64,000 bases of DNA, taken from NCBI GenBank assembly GCA_965240325.2, contig OZ251235.1:248001-312000 (forward strand), written 5' to 3'. Source of the stretch: Rebecca billardiae RCC1528. Taxonomy: Eukaryota > Protista > Haptophyta. The notes below the pieces were generated by a model, which worked only from the letters and a program-made list of their open reading frames with translations, had not been told where the DNA came from and made no database searches. How positions within the stretch are numbered: position 1 is the first letter of the stretch; each line of letters begins with the position of its first letter. This document shows positions 46,931 to 58,590 of this stretch, piece by piece. The position numbers and the translations under genes were made by a program.

Positions 46931-48976
46931 CTACTGCTTCTTTGACTGTGGCAGCGCAGCAAGGAGCTGCGCAGCTCCGCCGATCGACGCGACGAGCTCG
47001 TCCGCCGAGCCCGCCTTCCCCATCGCGTCCTGCAGCGCCTTTTCGCGCCCGAGCGTGAGCAGCACGTCGTACGCGATCGCCATGAACTCGTCGATGGACA
47101 CGTTGCCGTCCTGCCGGGCAGTGGGGCGCGCGCGCGACGAGCCGGCGGAGGTTGGGCGGCGGTTGGGCGGCCCGTGAGTTCAAGCGGACCCCACGCGGCG
47201 CGCGGGGCGCTCGCGCAGCGCAGTACCTGGTCCGAGTCAGCGGCTGAGAAGAGCGCATTGACCTGCGGGTTTGTCAGGCCGAGGTCGGCGTTGCGGAGGC
47301 ATTTGGCGAAGTCCGCCTTGGACAGCTTGCCCGCGCCGCCCGAGTCGTACTCGTCGAAGACGGCGCGGAGCTTCGTCTCCAGCTCCTCCTTCTCCACGCC
47401 GCCGAGCACGGCGACCGGCGTGAGCAGCGCGCGCTTGGCCGCCTGTTGCCGCTGCGAGTTGAGGACCGGCGCGATCATCGTCGAGATGAGCGGGACTGCC
47501 CTGAGGAGGAACGCGCCGTACTCGACCATCCCGTCCTCATCCTCCTCCGCCTCCGCGAGCACGGCGTACACCTGCGCCCGGCGAAGCACGGGGCGCGCGG
47601 TGAGTGCGTCGCACCGGAGTGCGCGAGGCGGCGGCCCGCGCGACGCCCGCGCCGAGCGGCGACGGCGCGCGGACGGAGGGGCGAGGGCGCGCGCGTGCCT
47701 GCACGGGCGTCAGCCGGATGCGGTCCGTCTCCAGCATCACCGCCTTGAGCGCGTCGCGGCTCAGCCTGCCCAGCTTCGCCTCGACCGTGACGGCGGGAGG
47801 CGCAGACTCGCCGCCGCCATCCGCCGTCGCGTCCGCCGCCGCCGCCTCCGCGCCTGCGTCGTCGCCGTCCGCGCCGCCGCCGTCCACGGTGTCCGTGGGC
47901 GCGCGCGCGCCCGTGTCCGCCGCGACGCACAGGTCGCGCAGGTACTCGTACAACTCGCCCTGGCTGCTCGCCAGGTAGTTCGACTTGAGCGTCTCGACGA
48001 GCAGGTCCCACATGACCGGCACGAACGCCTCGTACGAGATGCGCCCGGACTCGTCCAGCTCGACCACGGCCTGGAAGTAGCGGATCTCGCGCTTGGAGAG
48101 GCGCGTGGGGCCGAGGCGGACGTTCTCGAGGCACGCGGAGAACTCGGCGCGCGAGAGCATCCCGTCGCCGTTCACGTCCGCCGTGGTGAACGCGTCCTGC
48201 ATCATCGCCTCCAGCTCATCGCGCTCGAGGCCGTACAGCGTCGTCACCGCCTCGTCCGTCGCCGCCTCCTCCTGCTCGGCGAGCGCCTCGGCGGTCTGCT
48301 CGCGCAGCCGGAGGGACTGGATGACGTCGACGGCGATGGGCACGAACTCGTTGTACTGCACCACGCCGTCGCCGGACACGTCCGCCTCGGACAGCAGGAA
48401 CTCGACCTCGCGCTGCGAGAGGCCGAGGTCGGCCGTCTGGAAGAGCGAGAAGAACTCCTCCACGTCGAGCACGCCGTTGCCGTCGGCGTCGGCGTCGCGG
48501 AAGAGCGTGATCAGCATCGTCTCGAGCTCCTCGTCCGTCTCGCCGATCACCTTGTCCGGCGCGACCGCGCCGGGCGAGGCGGGCGCGTCGACCGCGCCGG
48601 GCGAGTACGGCTGCGGCTTGGGCAGCCGGTCCGCGTTGTCGAGCTTCGCGAGCGTGGCGCGGACGGCGGCCTTGTCGGCGATGTGCCGGTCGAGCTGCTG
48701 CTCCTGTCTTCGCAGCGGCCCTGTGAACGCCACGTGCCCCGCGTCGAGCGTGTGCTTGACCTCGGGCGTGTCGCCCGTCATGTCCACCGTCACGGTCGCG
48801 ACCGCGCAGAACTCGGAGATGGGCTTCTCCTGGGTGGGCTTCGACCAGATCGTGCGGAAGGAGAAGATCCCCACGGACTCGCCGAGCAGCTGCGTGTGGT
48901 GCATGTACGAAGGGGCCCAGTCCTTCACATACGCCTCGCAGTGGCGGAAGGCCTCCCGCTCGTTGGCGGACAGCAT
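46931..48976 (-). CDS. Multi-EF-hand calcium-binding protein with N-terminal AKAP28/AKAP14-like domain; exons 48976-47699, 47571-47227, 47110-46931
   Basis: EF loops DADGNGVLDVEE, DVSGDGVVQYNE, DVNGDGMLSRAE, ELDESGRISYEA, EEDEDGMVEYGA, DSGGAGKLSKAD, DSDQ|DGNVSIDE. First intron GC-AG (47698-47572), second GT-AG. Confidence 0.85.
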
Positions 48977-49220
48977 GGCGCACGTCCTCGGCGCGACCGG
49001 TGAGCGAGGGAAATAAAGCCAGTCTCGAAACCGATTGGTGAGTCGTAGCAAAGTCGTAGCTTGGGCAAAAGGCGCGGGTCTCGCTTTGTACTACTTCCCG
49101 GGTTCAGCCGTTCAGATGATGATCTCGTCAACTAGATCGTTAGGACGCTCGCTCGATACAATAAGCAACCGGATCCGTTGTGAACTGACGGCCGGAGCGG
49201 AGTCAGCGGACCGGAACGGG

Positions 49221-52200
49221 CTACGGCGACGGCGACACCGACTGCATGTGCGTCGCGGCCGGCGCAGGCTTGTCCTCGTCCGCCGCCCGCGCTCCGGCCC
49301 CACAGCACGGCCTCGACGCCCACGCGAGGAGCACTGGCAGCAGCACGCAACCATGCAGCACGCCGAGCACGACGACGGAGACGAGCATCTTGAAGAAGAT
49401 GCGGAACGCGGAGGAGGAGGTGAAGGCAATCACAAAGATGCCTGCGCCAAGCGCGCCGCGTGCGACGCACGGACAGGTGTCCCTCGACGCCCCGTCAGCG
49501 CGCGCGCGAGACGGAGGAGGGAATGCACGCGGGTGCGCGCGCGCGAGCAGGCGCACCGAGGATGGTCGTCCAGCCGCCCTTGAGCACCGAGACGCCCATC
49601 ATGCCGAGAGCGCGCACGACCGCATCGCGCGGACGCGTCTCGATGGGCGAGCCGCTCCGCGCGAGATCGGTCATCGCCGCGTCGTACGTGTGCGCGATGT
49701 GCACGCAGTAGTCGACCGACAGGCCGACGGACATCACGATGTTGACAAAGGCCACGGGGTTGAGGGCGACGCCCGTGAGCCACATCATGCCGAAGAGGTC
49801 GATGTTGATCGACGTCACGCACACCACCACCCAGAAGGCCACCGCCGGCGGGTTGAAGAGCAGCATGATCACAAAGATCGCGCCGATCGCGCCGATCAGG
49901 TTGGTGAGCACGAGCTCCCAGATGATCACGTCCGTCTCCTGCACGAGGAAGGTGAAGTGGAAGACGAACGCGTTGAGCAGGCCGCGGCGGTGCAGCGAGC
50001 TCTCGAGGTAGTCCCGCCGCGCGAGGCTGTCCACGGCCTTGCCCGAGAGCGGCTTTGAGTACGACATGTAGTACCGCGCGGAGAGCGGGTCCTCGCACTT
50101 GTCCGGCTCGTCGCACACGACGTCCTCGAGCCACATCGTGTTGTCGTCCAGCCACGCGCCCAGCCCCTTGGTGAACTTGTTCTTGTCGTACGAGTCGTCG
50201 CTCGGGTCGCGCCGGTCGTTCGCCTCGAGGTGCTTCTTGTACAGCACGTGCCACCGGTCCCAGCCGAACGTGACAAAGTCGCGGCCCTGCATCTCGTCCA
50301 GCGCGTCGTCGATCCTGTCGCGCACCTCGAGCTGCTTGAAGGTCTCGTTGTGCACCACCACGCTCGCGCGCAGCCGCTGCCCGCCGAACGTGTCGTCCTG
50401 GATGCGCAGGACGTCCTGCACGTACGAGTCGTCCGGGAGGATGTCGGCCTGCGCGCCGCGCGCCGCGGGGCGAGGCGGGGGCCGCGCGCGTGGGCGCGCG
50501 GAGCGCAGCGCGCACGTCGCCGCGCCGCGGCCGCGCGCGCGGGGGCGCACGGGGCGCAGCGCGCACGTCGCCGAGGCCGAGCTCGAGGCCGGGGATGGCC
50601 GCCGCGGAGAGCGCGCAGACGATGACGAAGACGAGCACCACGACGGCTGACACGGCGGGCTTGAGCAGCACCGGCGCATACGTGTCGCGCACGAAGCGCG
50701 AGATCGGGCCGATGGCGCCCGCAGCGGGCGCCGCCTTGTCATCCGCCTCGCCCTCGGCGGCGGCACCCTCGGCGGCCGCAGCCCGCGGCTTGGGCGGCAC
50801 TGCCGGCTGCTCGCCGACGGTCGCGCCCGCCACCTTGACGCACGGGAAGAAGGAGACGCGCCCCGCCTGCAGCCGCCGCTCGTCGAGCACGAGCAGCGCG
50901 AGGAAGAAGGTGAACATCGCGAGCGCGGAGACGAGGAAGCTGCACAGGGCGTACACGCAGAAGGCGCGCACGGCGGGCATGTCCACGTTCGAGCCGACGC
51001 CAAACGCCGCGACGGTCGTGAGTGTGGTGATGAAGATGGCCGGGCCGGTCTCGCGGAAGGAGCGGCCGACGCGCGCCTCGACCGTGTCCGCCGGGTCCTG
51101 AGCGTTCAGGTAGTCCACCATGATGATCACGCCGTCCACCTGCACGCCCAGCACGATCAGCGGCAGCAGCGGCGCGATCGGCGTGAGCACCACGCCCGCC
51201 GCGGCCGCGAGCCCGAAGCCGCCGCCGAGCGCAAAGAGCATGTTCGTCATGCTCGCCATGCCGAGGAGCACGCGCGACTTGACGCGCGAGGTGATCGGGC
51301 CCAGCGTGAGCACCAGGTACACCAGGATGATCACCAGCCCGAGGAAGAAGAGCGGCAGATCGCCCGTGACCGTGCGCGACGTCTCGTCGTCATACGAGCG
51401 CGGCGACACGGTGGCGATGGTCAGCTTGGACGGGTTGACCTGCTCGCGCACGCCCTGCAGCCAGGCGTTCTCGAACTCGTACGGGTCGCCGTCCACGCCC
51501 TCCAGCTCGTACGTCAGCACCACGCCCTCCGCCCCCTCGACCTCCTCGTCGTCGCCGGAGCCCTTGAACTGGCGCGGCCGGCGGCGAATCAGCGGCAGCG
51601 CGGTCGCGCGCGCGCGAGCGATGCGAGGGCGTGCGGAGTCAGCGGAGGGTGCTGTGCTACGCAGCGCGCACGCACGCGGCGCCCACGACCGCGCGGCGCA
51701 GCACCTCGGGCTTGCCCGTGAACAGCTCTATCGTGCTAACGTGCTGGTGGAACCACGTGACGTCGGCGAGCAGCTGCGACTCCTTCTTGCGCGCCTCGAG
51801 CTTCTCGCGGTCGTAGTCCCAGATCGCGAGGAAGTTGGGCGAGGCGCACTCGCCGTCTGAGTACTTGTACTTGTGGCACACGTGCTTCCACCTGACCCAG
51901 CCGCTCCCGTCGAGCTTGTGCGCGTGGCACTGGGTGGTCGTCCACTCGTGCATCTTCATCAGCTCGTCCAGCGCGTCGTAGTCGAAGATGTTGCCGCGGT
52001 TGGGCCGCACGGCGTACACCACCATGGTGCTGCGCTCGCCGTAGTGCTCCTTCATGTACTCCCACGCCGCGTACGCCTTTGACTGCGTGGGCGGCCTGAG
52101 CGCACGCGCGCGCGGGCGCGCCGCGAGTCAGCGAGCACGGCTGCGCTCGGCGAGGGGTTGGGATCTTCTGCGCGCACCAGAGGTAGTTCGCGCGGGGCTC

Positions 52201-52362
52201 TTGCACGGCGAACATGTTGCCAGAGATCAGGACGAAGAAGAGCACGGCCGATACGGCAATGGTCTTGAGCGGGTTGCGCGCGATGAGCCGGCCCCAGCGC
52301 TCAAATGCATCGCCCATGCTGTCGTGCAGCTTGTGGCGCAGGTTTGCGAGGCACTCCGCCAT
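49221..52362 (-). CDS. Patched/NPC1-like (PTCHD3-type) sterol-sensing RND membrane protein; exons 52362-52178, 52095-51705, 51568-50567, 50448-49557, 49441-49221
   Basis: GRLIARNP, LW|PPTQS.A, sterol-sensing domain with LGVQVDG and GPAIFITTLT...PAVRAFC, LPDDSY, VMSVGLSVDYCVH, FRIFFKM...GVLHGCVLLPVLL. Four GT-AG introns keep the frame. Confidence 0.92.
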
Positions 52363-52922
52363 GGCGAGACGCGCCTGCGGCGGCTGGGAGGGGGCGGTGG
52401 AAGGGCGTGCATGGCATACGCGGACTGGGTGGATGAAAGCCGCTGTAGGCGCGCCGAGCCCGCGACCCGCGTGCTGGGGGCGCGCACGCACCTTTGAGAA
52501 AGGAGAGCGCGTCGCCGGTGCTTCTGCCCACCAAACGTAGATTCGAAAGTTTTGATGAATCTTGAGGCCCATGTCACCATAATATCTCCGTATGTATCTT
52601 CACCTCCACATGCTCGATTTCGTCGTCCGCCTTTGAAGTTTGAGCGAGGATGAACGCCGAAATAAGCCCAAACTCGCAATCATTGGCTGCGGGTCTTTCG
52701 GCAACCGTTCTCGGGATGAAACTCGGCAAGTACAAATACTGCACCCCCCAAAGTACAAGTATGCACAGCTTTTAAAAGTAATTAAGTACGAGCAGGGACA
52801 AGAGCCAAGTCGGAGATCGCCATACCGTACTTAACGTCCGGGAATACGTGTAGGTACCGGACTTCGACTCAGCCCTGTCCGGCCCTCTCCACGTGCCTTG
52901 CTCGAGCACACGCAGCGCAAGC

Positions 52923-53985
52923 ATGACGGAGGCTCTCACGCTCCGCGGCCAGCTCAAGGGCCACAGCGGCTGGGTGACATGCATCGCCAGCACGATTGAG
53001 GAGACGGGTATGCTCCTTTCGGGCAGCCGCGACAAGTCCGTCATCGTCTGGACCCTCTCGCGCGATGAGGAGGACGACACGTCGTGCGGCCGCGCGAAGC
53101 GCGCGCTGCGTGGGCACTCGCACTACGTGCAGGACGTGACGATCTCGTCGGACGGGCAGTTCGCGCTGTCGGGCAGCTGGGATGGCACGCTTCGCCTCTG
53201 GGACATCAACTCGGGCGCGACCACCCGCCGCTTCGTCTCGCACGAGAAGGACGTGCTCGCGGTCGCCTTCTCGGCTGACAACCGCCAGATCGTGTCAGGC
53301 TCGCGCGACCGCACGATCAAGCTGTGGAACACGCTCGGTGAGTGCAAGTACACGATCCAGGAGGACGGCCACACCGAGTGGGTCTCGTGCGTCCGCTTCT
53401 CGCCCTCTGCGAGCAACCCGCTCATCGTCTCGTGCGGCTGGGACAAGATTGTGAAGGTGTGGAATCTGACCAACTGCAAGCTGCGCACCAACCTGGTCGG
53501 GCACTCGGGCTACCTGAACACGGTGACGGTCTCGCCCGACGGCTCGCTCTGCGCCTCGGGCGGCAAGGACGGCACGGCCATGCTGTGGGACCTGGTACGC
53601 CCCGCGGCATCGCCCTCATCGCATTGCCCGCGCTCGCTGCACCCAGCACCGTCGCTCACGCCTGCGCCCCGCGCCCACCGCCCGGCGACTTGGCGCGCAG
53701 AACGAGGGCAAGCACCTGTACTCGCTCGAGGCGTCGGCGACGATCAACGCGCTGGTGTTCAGCCCGAACCGCTACTGGCTCTGCGCCGCGACGGACGCGA
53801 ACATCAAGATCTGGGACCTCGAGTCGAAGTCGATCGTCGACGAGCTCAAGCCGGACTTCCCGCCGCTCGGCAAGAAGGCGATGGAGCCGTACTGCATCTC
53901 GCTCTGCTGGTCGCCGGACGGTAGCACGCTTTACTCGGGCTACACGGACGGCATCATCCGCGTGTGGCAGGTCGGGCTCGTCTAA
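52923..53985 (+). CDS. RACK1: Receptor for activated C kinase 1 (WD40, 40S-associated); intron 53595-53700
   Basis: [59 protein letters not shown]|[21 protein letters not shown]. Confidence 0.98.
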
Positions 53986-54296
53986 GCGCGCGCGGGCAGT
54001 GCCGCGAAGGACTCCCAGCGACCGTCCGCCAACTCACAGATGGAGCAAAATGCAAGGGCGGGCCGCGGAGTCAGTGACGAGTGGGCGAGACGCCAGCTTC
54101 GGGCGATAAGGCCTAAGGGGGAGCCGGACGTCCGGGACGTGGTGCCGCCGCCCGAGTGTCAGTGAGTGAGTCAGCGTTCCGAGTCGGATCGGGGCCGTTT
54201 AAGACCCGGTTCAGACCGAGTGGCACTGACACTTGACAGTTGAAGTGCCCTGAGTCCCGGCGGAGTACGTCCGCCCCGGCGGCTAAGACTGTTAGT

Positions 54297-56012
54297 AGGG
54301 GGGCCAAACCGCTCATTAAAAAAAGAAAATCAAAGCCGCGGCGCATTTTCGCTCCTCCCTCGGCCTTTTAGGGTGGCGCGGAGCCTTTTTCTCGGACCCC
54401 GCTCGAAAATCGAGCTCCGACGCGTTCGGGCGCTCAGAGCTCGGTTCCGCTCGAGCACGAGCGGCCGGAGGCAGTGGACCGCCGCGCGCTCGCGTCCCAT
54501 GAGACGCCGATATGGTCTCGGGAGCGCGCGCGCGTGACGCTGGTGGGCGCTTCTGACCCTTGTCTTTGCGCCACCAGCGGCTCACCACCCGGTTCTTGGC
54601 CACCTCGCGCCGTGCGCGGCGCGCGTCGGCCGGCTTGAATTGGTGCGCTGCGTACGCCCGTCACGCTACCGCTCCTTGTGGCTCAAGATCAACTCGCCCC
54701 GGGGAGATCGATGCTCGCCCCGAGTGTTCATGTGTATCCGTGGATGCCCAGCTCGCCTAACCTGCCCTGCTGCGCCGGAATCGCCGTCAGCAGACCTGCG
54801 CGAGCTCGCGCGCAACACCTCCGCGGAGCCCGCAACTGTCATGTTCCGCTCGTAGGGCCCGTGTTTGCACCTGCCGTGGCACTGGCGATGGTCAGCACGT
54901 TGGGTATGGGTCATGCGTGCCCCCAGATGGCGTCGGGGCGCCTCCCATTCGCCTCTCAGGACGTTGCGGACGTGCTCGCAGGCAGCGGTTGGCTCATTCG
55001 ACAGGCCTCCGACGTGCACTCGACCGTGCCTACAAGCGCGCCCCTGTGACGCGCATGCCTGCAGAAGCAGACGCAGATGGGCCTCCATGCACGTGGTGCG
55101 CCCAAGACCGGCGGGAGCGTCAGAGATCGTCTCAATCTTGACACCTTGCACACGCCGGCGCTTGCCATTGGGCTCCGCGCAGCCAGCCAGGAGCGCCGAA
55201 CAGCGCCGGATCAGCCTCTGTAGGCCGAATATCCGCCCCAACGCCCAGAAATAGCGCGGAACAGGGTAGGGCGTACATATATGGACCGATCCCATCCGGC
55301 CTGGTTTGGTGCAGAGACGCCAGCCACCACCTGGAGCAGGCGTTTGCTGCCGAATCGCATGCTCGGCACTGTGCCGCACTGCGATGACGACAGATTTGAC
55401 CTGCCTCGTAGGTCTCGGCCATGGAGCGGTGACGGTTGGCTCGAGTGACTTTAAACCTTGATTATGACCGAGAGTACTCCCGGGCTGAGGACATGGGGCC
55501 GGTGCTTTGGGTCTACTATGTCTGCAATACGCCGTACGCGTGGCCGTATACACAGTCTGAAAACGTATCTCGCGGCTCGAGATCAGACGAGACTGTATTC
55601 ATCAGCATGGCGTCTATATACACGGTGGGTATGTAACGACCAGTGGCTTCCGGGAAACTACGTGTTTGACAGCCTGCCAGTACACAGCTTATATCGCATG
55701 TTGGGACCTGCTGCTGCTGGGGACTCAGAACGATCTCGCCGAGATGCTCTATCAAAGTGAAGTCGACATGGTCTATATGTCACCTATAAGACAGCCGTTA
55801 CATGCCGTTTCCAATAAGTTCAGGCTCATTCTAATAAGTAAATATGCTAGCCGTTACGCCCTATATTCAGGGTATGTGCACCTGCTTTTTTTACTTGGCT
55901 GGCCCAGACCCCTCCAGAGGGCATATGATCCAGCCCCAATTCAGCGCTAAACACTCGCTAGGACCAGCGCTCGTAGCCGTCAGTCACGTCACAGTGCCAC
56001 TTTGGCCCCCCT
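54297..56012. mobile_element. Non-autonomous DNA transposon with short TIRs (AGGGGGGCCAAA) and target-site duplication ACTGTTAGT
   Basis: ACTGTTAGT|AGGGGGGCCAAA ... TTTGGCCCCCCT|ACTGTTAGT, with TSD copies at 54288-54296 and 56013-56021. No intact transposase ORF. Confidence 0.8.
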
Positions 56013-56092
56013 ACTGTTAGTGTTAAGACTTAAGCACTAGCAGAGTAAGTGGTCGATGTTACTGTAGCTAAGTCTAGATTAGTAGATAGTTA

Positions 56093-57008
56093 TATTGGGA
56101 TTACCGCAAGCTCCGAGCGTCTCGAGCCCTGCTAAAAGCTCACCGCGCACGACAGGACGGACGCCACCGCGAGGATCACATGCCTCGCGATCTCATCAGC
56201 TCTCAAGCCTCTGAACCTGGCCCTTATTTCCGGCGCTCTTGCGCCGGGCCAAAACAGCGATCCGGAGCTCCGATCGCTCCTGGGCTCGGGGCGGTAGTAT
56301 CATCGCCGTGCCGACTTACCCAGATTTTGCCGCGATCAGCCAATCGGCGATCGCACCGTCCGTCCTGTTGCCGCTCAACTTTGTACCACTGCTTCTCGTC
56401 CATGTCCGGTGCTGCTCACCTGCTTTCCTTGGACAAATCCAGTGTACCAGCATGACGCCCGCGCTGCTCCGCGCTGCTCCGCGCTGCTCCGCGCTGCTCC
56501 GCGCTGCTCCGCGCTGCTCCGCGCTGCTCCGCGCTGCTCCGCGCTGCTCCGCGCTGCTCCGCGCTGCTCCGCGCTGCTCCGCGCGCTCCGCGCTGCTCCG
56601 CGCTGCTCCGCGCTGCTCCGCGCTGCTCCGCGCGCTCCGCGCTGCTCCGCGCGCCCCGCGCTGCTCCGCGCTCCCGCGCCGCTGCGCCCGCGCTGCTCCG
56701 CGCCCGCGCCGCTGCGCCCGCGCTGCTCCGCGCTCGCGCGTCTGCTGCCGCGCGCGTCCTGGACGCGCGCGCTGCCAGCCACTGCTCCGCAGCAGCTGCT
56801 GCCGCCGGCCCGCCTGATGCGGCGCCAGCCCTGACACCCCAGCGGCAACGCCATCTGCTGAGATGCGTGCCCCAGACTGTGCCAGTTCATCCGCACTGCT
56901 GCTCTGCAGCAGCTGCGCCGCCGGTCTGCCTGCTGCAGCACCGGCCCTGACTCACCGCCGGCGACGCCATCTGCTGAGATGCGCGCCCCTGGCCTCGTCA
57001 GCTCAACA
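56093..57008 (-). repeat. 3' LTR (contains a GCGCTGCTCC 10-mer tandem array)
   Basis: Direct repeat of 60119-61034; minus-strand ends TGTTG...CAATA. Confidence 0.93.
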
Positions 57009-57074
57009 CCCCCCCTCGACAGCCATAGCCGCGAGCGAGTAGCGCCGCTCATCGCGCGCGCGTCGGGTGTCGCA

Positions 57075-57345
57075 CACCATGATGGCGTCGACGTGCCACT
57101 CAAACGTAGCAGCGTCGTCCGTCGCCTTCGTCATGATGTCGGCGTGGTACATTGACCTCACGCCACGTACTCCGCCTCCGTCGAGCTCAGCTGGGCCATA
57201 ACCTGCAGCCCGCTGCTGTGCCACGACACCGGCGATCCATTGTAGAAGACAATGATGCAGCCACCCGTCGACCTCCACCCGGATTCCCCTGGGTTGTTAG
57301 ACCAAACAGAGTCACCCAAAGTGAGCAAGTCGTCGAGCTCGTCAA
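57075..57345 (-). pseudogene. Ty1/copia RNase H remnant, internally deleted
   Basis: GDSVWS...RSTGGCIIVFYNGSPVSWHS..Q.MAQLSSTEAEYVA, then a stop/frame change to ADIMTKA. Confidence 0.85.
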
Positions 57346-57679
57346 TCTCCGCGCGCTGGACCAACGCCTTGTCCGCGTCGGTCAGCCTCGCGCGCGCCGC
57401 TGCCTCTGGCAGCCGTATCCGCGTGCTCGCGTTCGTGCCGAATCGCTCGAGCCCGCCATCGATCGCCTCTGCGACCCGCGGCAACCCGCCCGCATCTGCG
57501 CGGCGGTCCCGCGCCAAAGTTGCGCCGGTGGTATCTCATACCACCAGTGCGACTGCGCCCATGGCGCGCCCGCACCGCCCCGATCGCCGGCCTGCGGCAT
57601 CGGCGGCTGTGCGCCCGTGCGCCCGCGCTGCTGCGCCCGCGCTGACCCGCGCCCGCGCTGCTGCGCCCGCGCACCTGTG

Positions 57680-58590
57680 CTACGCGGCGGCCCGCCAGCA
57701 TCTGCTGCGGCCCCGCGCCGGGATTCCGTCGGCGGGATCCGACCCTGCCGACCCAGGCTGTGTCGCTGACGCGCCTGCTCCGCCACGCCCGCCCTGCGGC
57801 GTCGGCGTCGACGGCTGTGCGCACGCGCTGCTGCGCCCGCGCGCTGTTCCGCGCCTGCGCTGCCGCGCCCGTGCGCTGTTCCGCACCTGCGCTGCCGCGC
57901 CTGCGCGCTCCGCGCCCGCGCTGCTGCGCTCGCGCGCTGTTCCGCGCCCGCGCTGCTGCGCCCGCGCGCTGTTCCGCGCCCGCGCTGCCGCGCCCGCGCG
58001 CTGTTCCGCGCCCGCGCTGCCGCGCTCGCGCGCCGACGCCGACGCATCTGCGTCGCCGTCGTTCCCGACGTCGAACTCCGTCGCGTCGTCGTCACCGGCG
58101 TCGGCCGGCGGCTCGCCGCCGTCGCCGTCATCGTCCTGCGCCGCGCGGCGGCCCGCCAGCATCTGCTGCGGCCCCGCGCCGTGATTCCGCCGGCGGTATC
58201 TGACCCTGCCGACCCGGCTGCGTCATCGACGCGCCTGTCCCGCCACGCCCGCCCTGCGGCGTCGGCGTCGACGGCTGTGCGCCCGCGCTGCTGCACCCGC
58301 GCTGTCCCGCGTCCACGCTGCTGCGCCCGCGCCCCGACGTTGACGCATCTGCGTCGTCGTCGTACCCGACGTCGAACTCTGTCGCGTCGTCATTCCCGGC
58401 GTCGGCTGGCTGCTCGCCGCCGTCGCCGTCATCCGCGCCCGCGCTGCTGCACCCGCGCTGTCCCGCGTCCACGCTGCTGCGCCCGCGCCCCGACGTTGAC
58501 GCATCTGCGTCGTCGTCGTACCCGACGTCGAACTCTGTCGCGTCGTCATTCCCGGCGTCGGCTGGCTGCTCGCCGCCGTCGCCGTCCTCG
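57680..58590. repeat. Internal tandem duplications within the LTR element (~460-bp and ~155-bp units)
   Basis: GCGGCCCGCCAGCATCTGCTGCGGCCCCGCGCCG occurs at ~57688 and ~58148. 58280-58434 is repeated at 58435-58587; the minus strand encodes DDATEFDVGYDDDADAS twice. Confidence 0.85.

Noticed and set aside
44485-48976. Convergent IQ-motif and EF-hand genes as a functional pair
   Set aside because: Adjacency in a compact eukaryotic genome is not evidence of interaction.
54950-55090. Possible SWIM zinc-finger remnant (CVCFC...CEHV) in the TIR element
   Set aside because: Needs a frameshift, and no DDE transposase motifs accompany it.
56455-56740. Regular short repeats suggestive of a CRISPR array
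   Set aside because: No unique spacers; it is a tandem minisatellite within a eukaryotic LTR.
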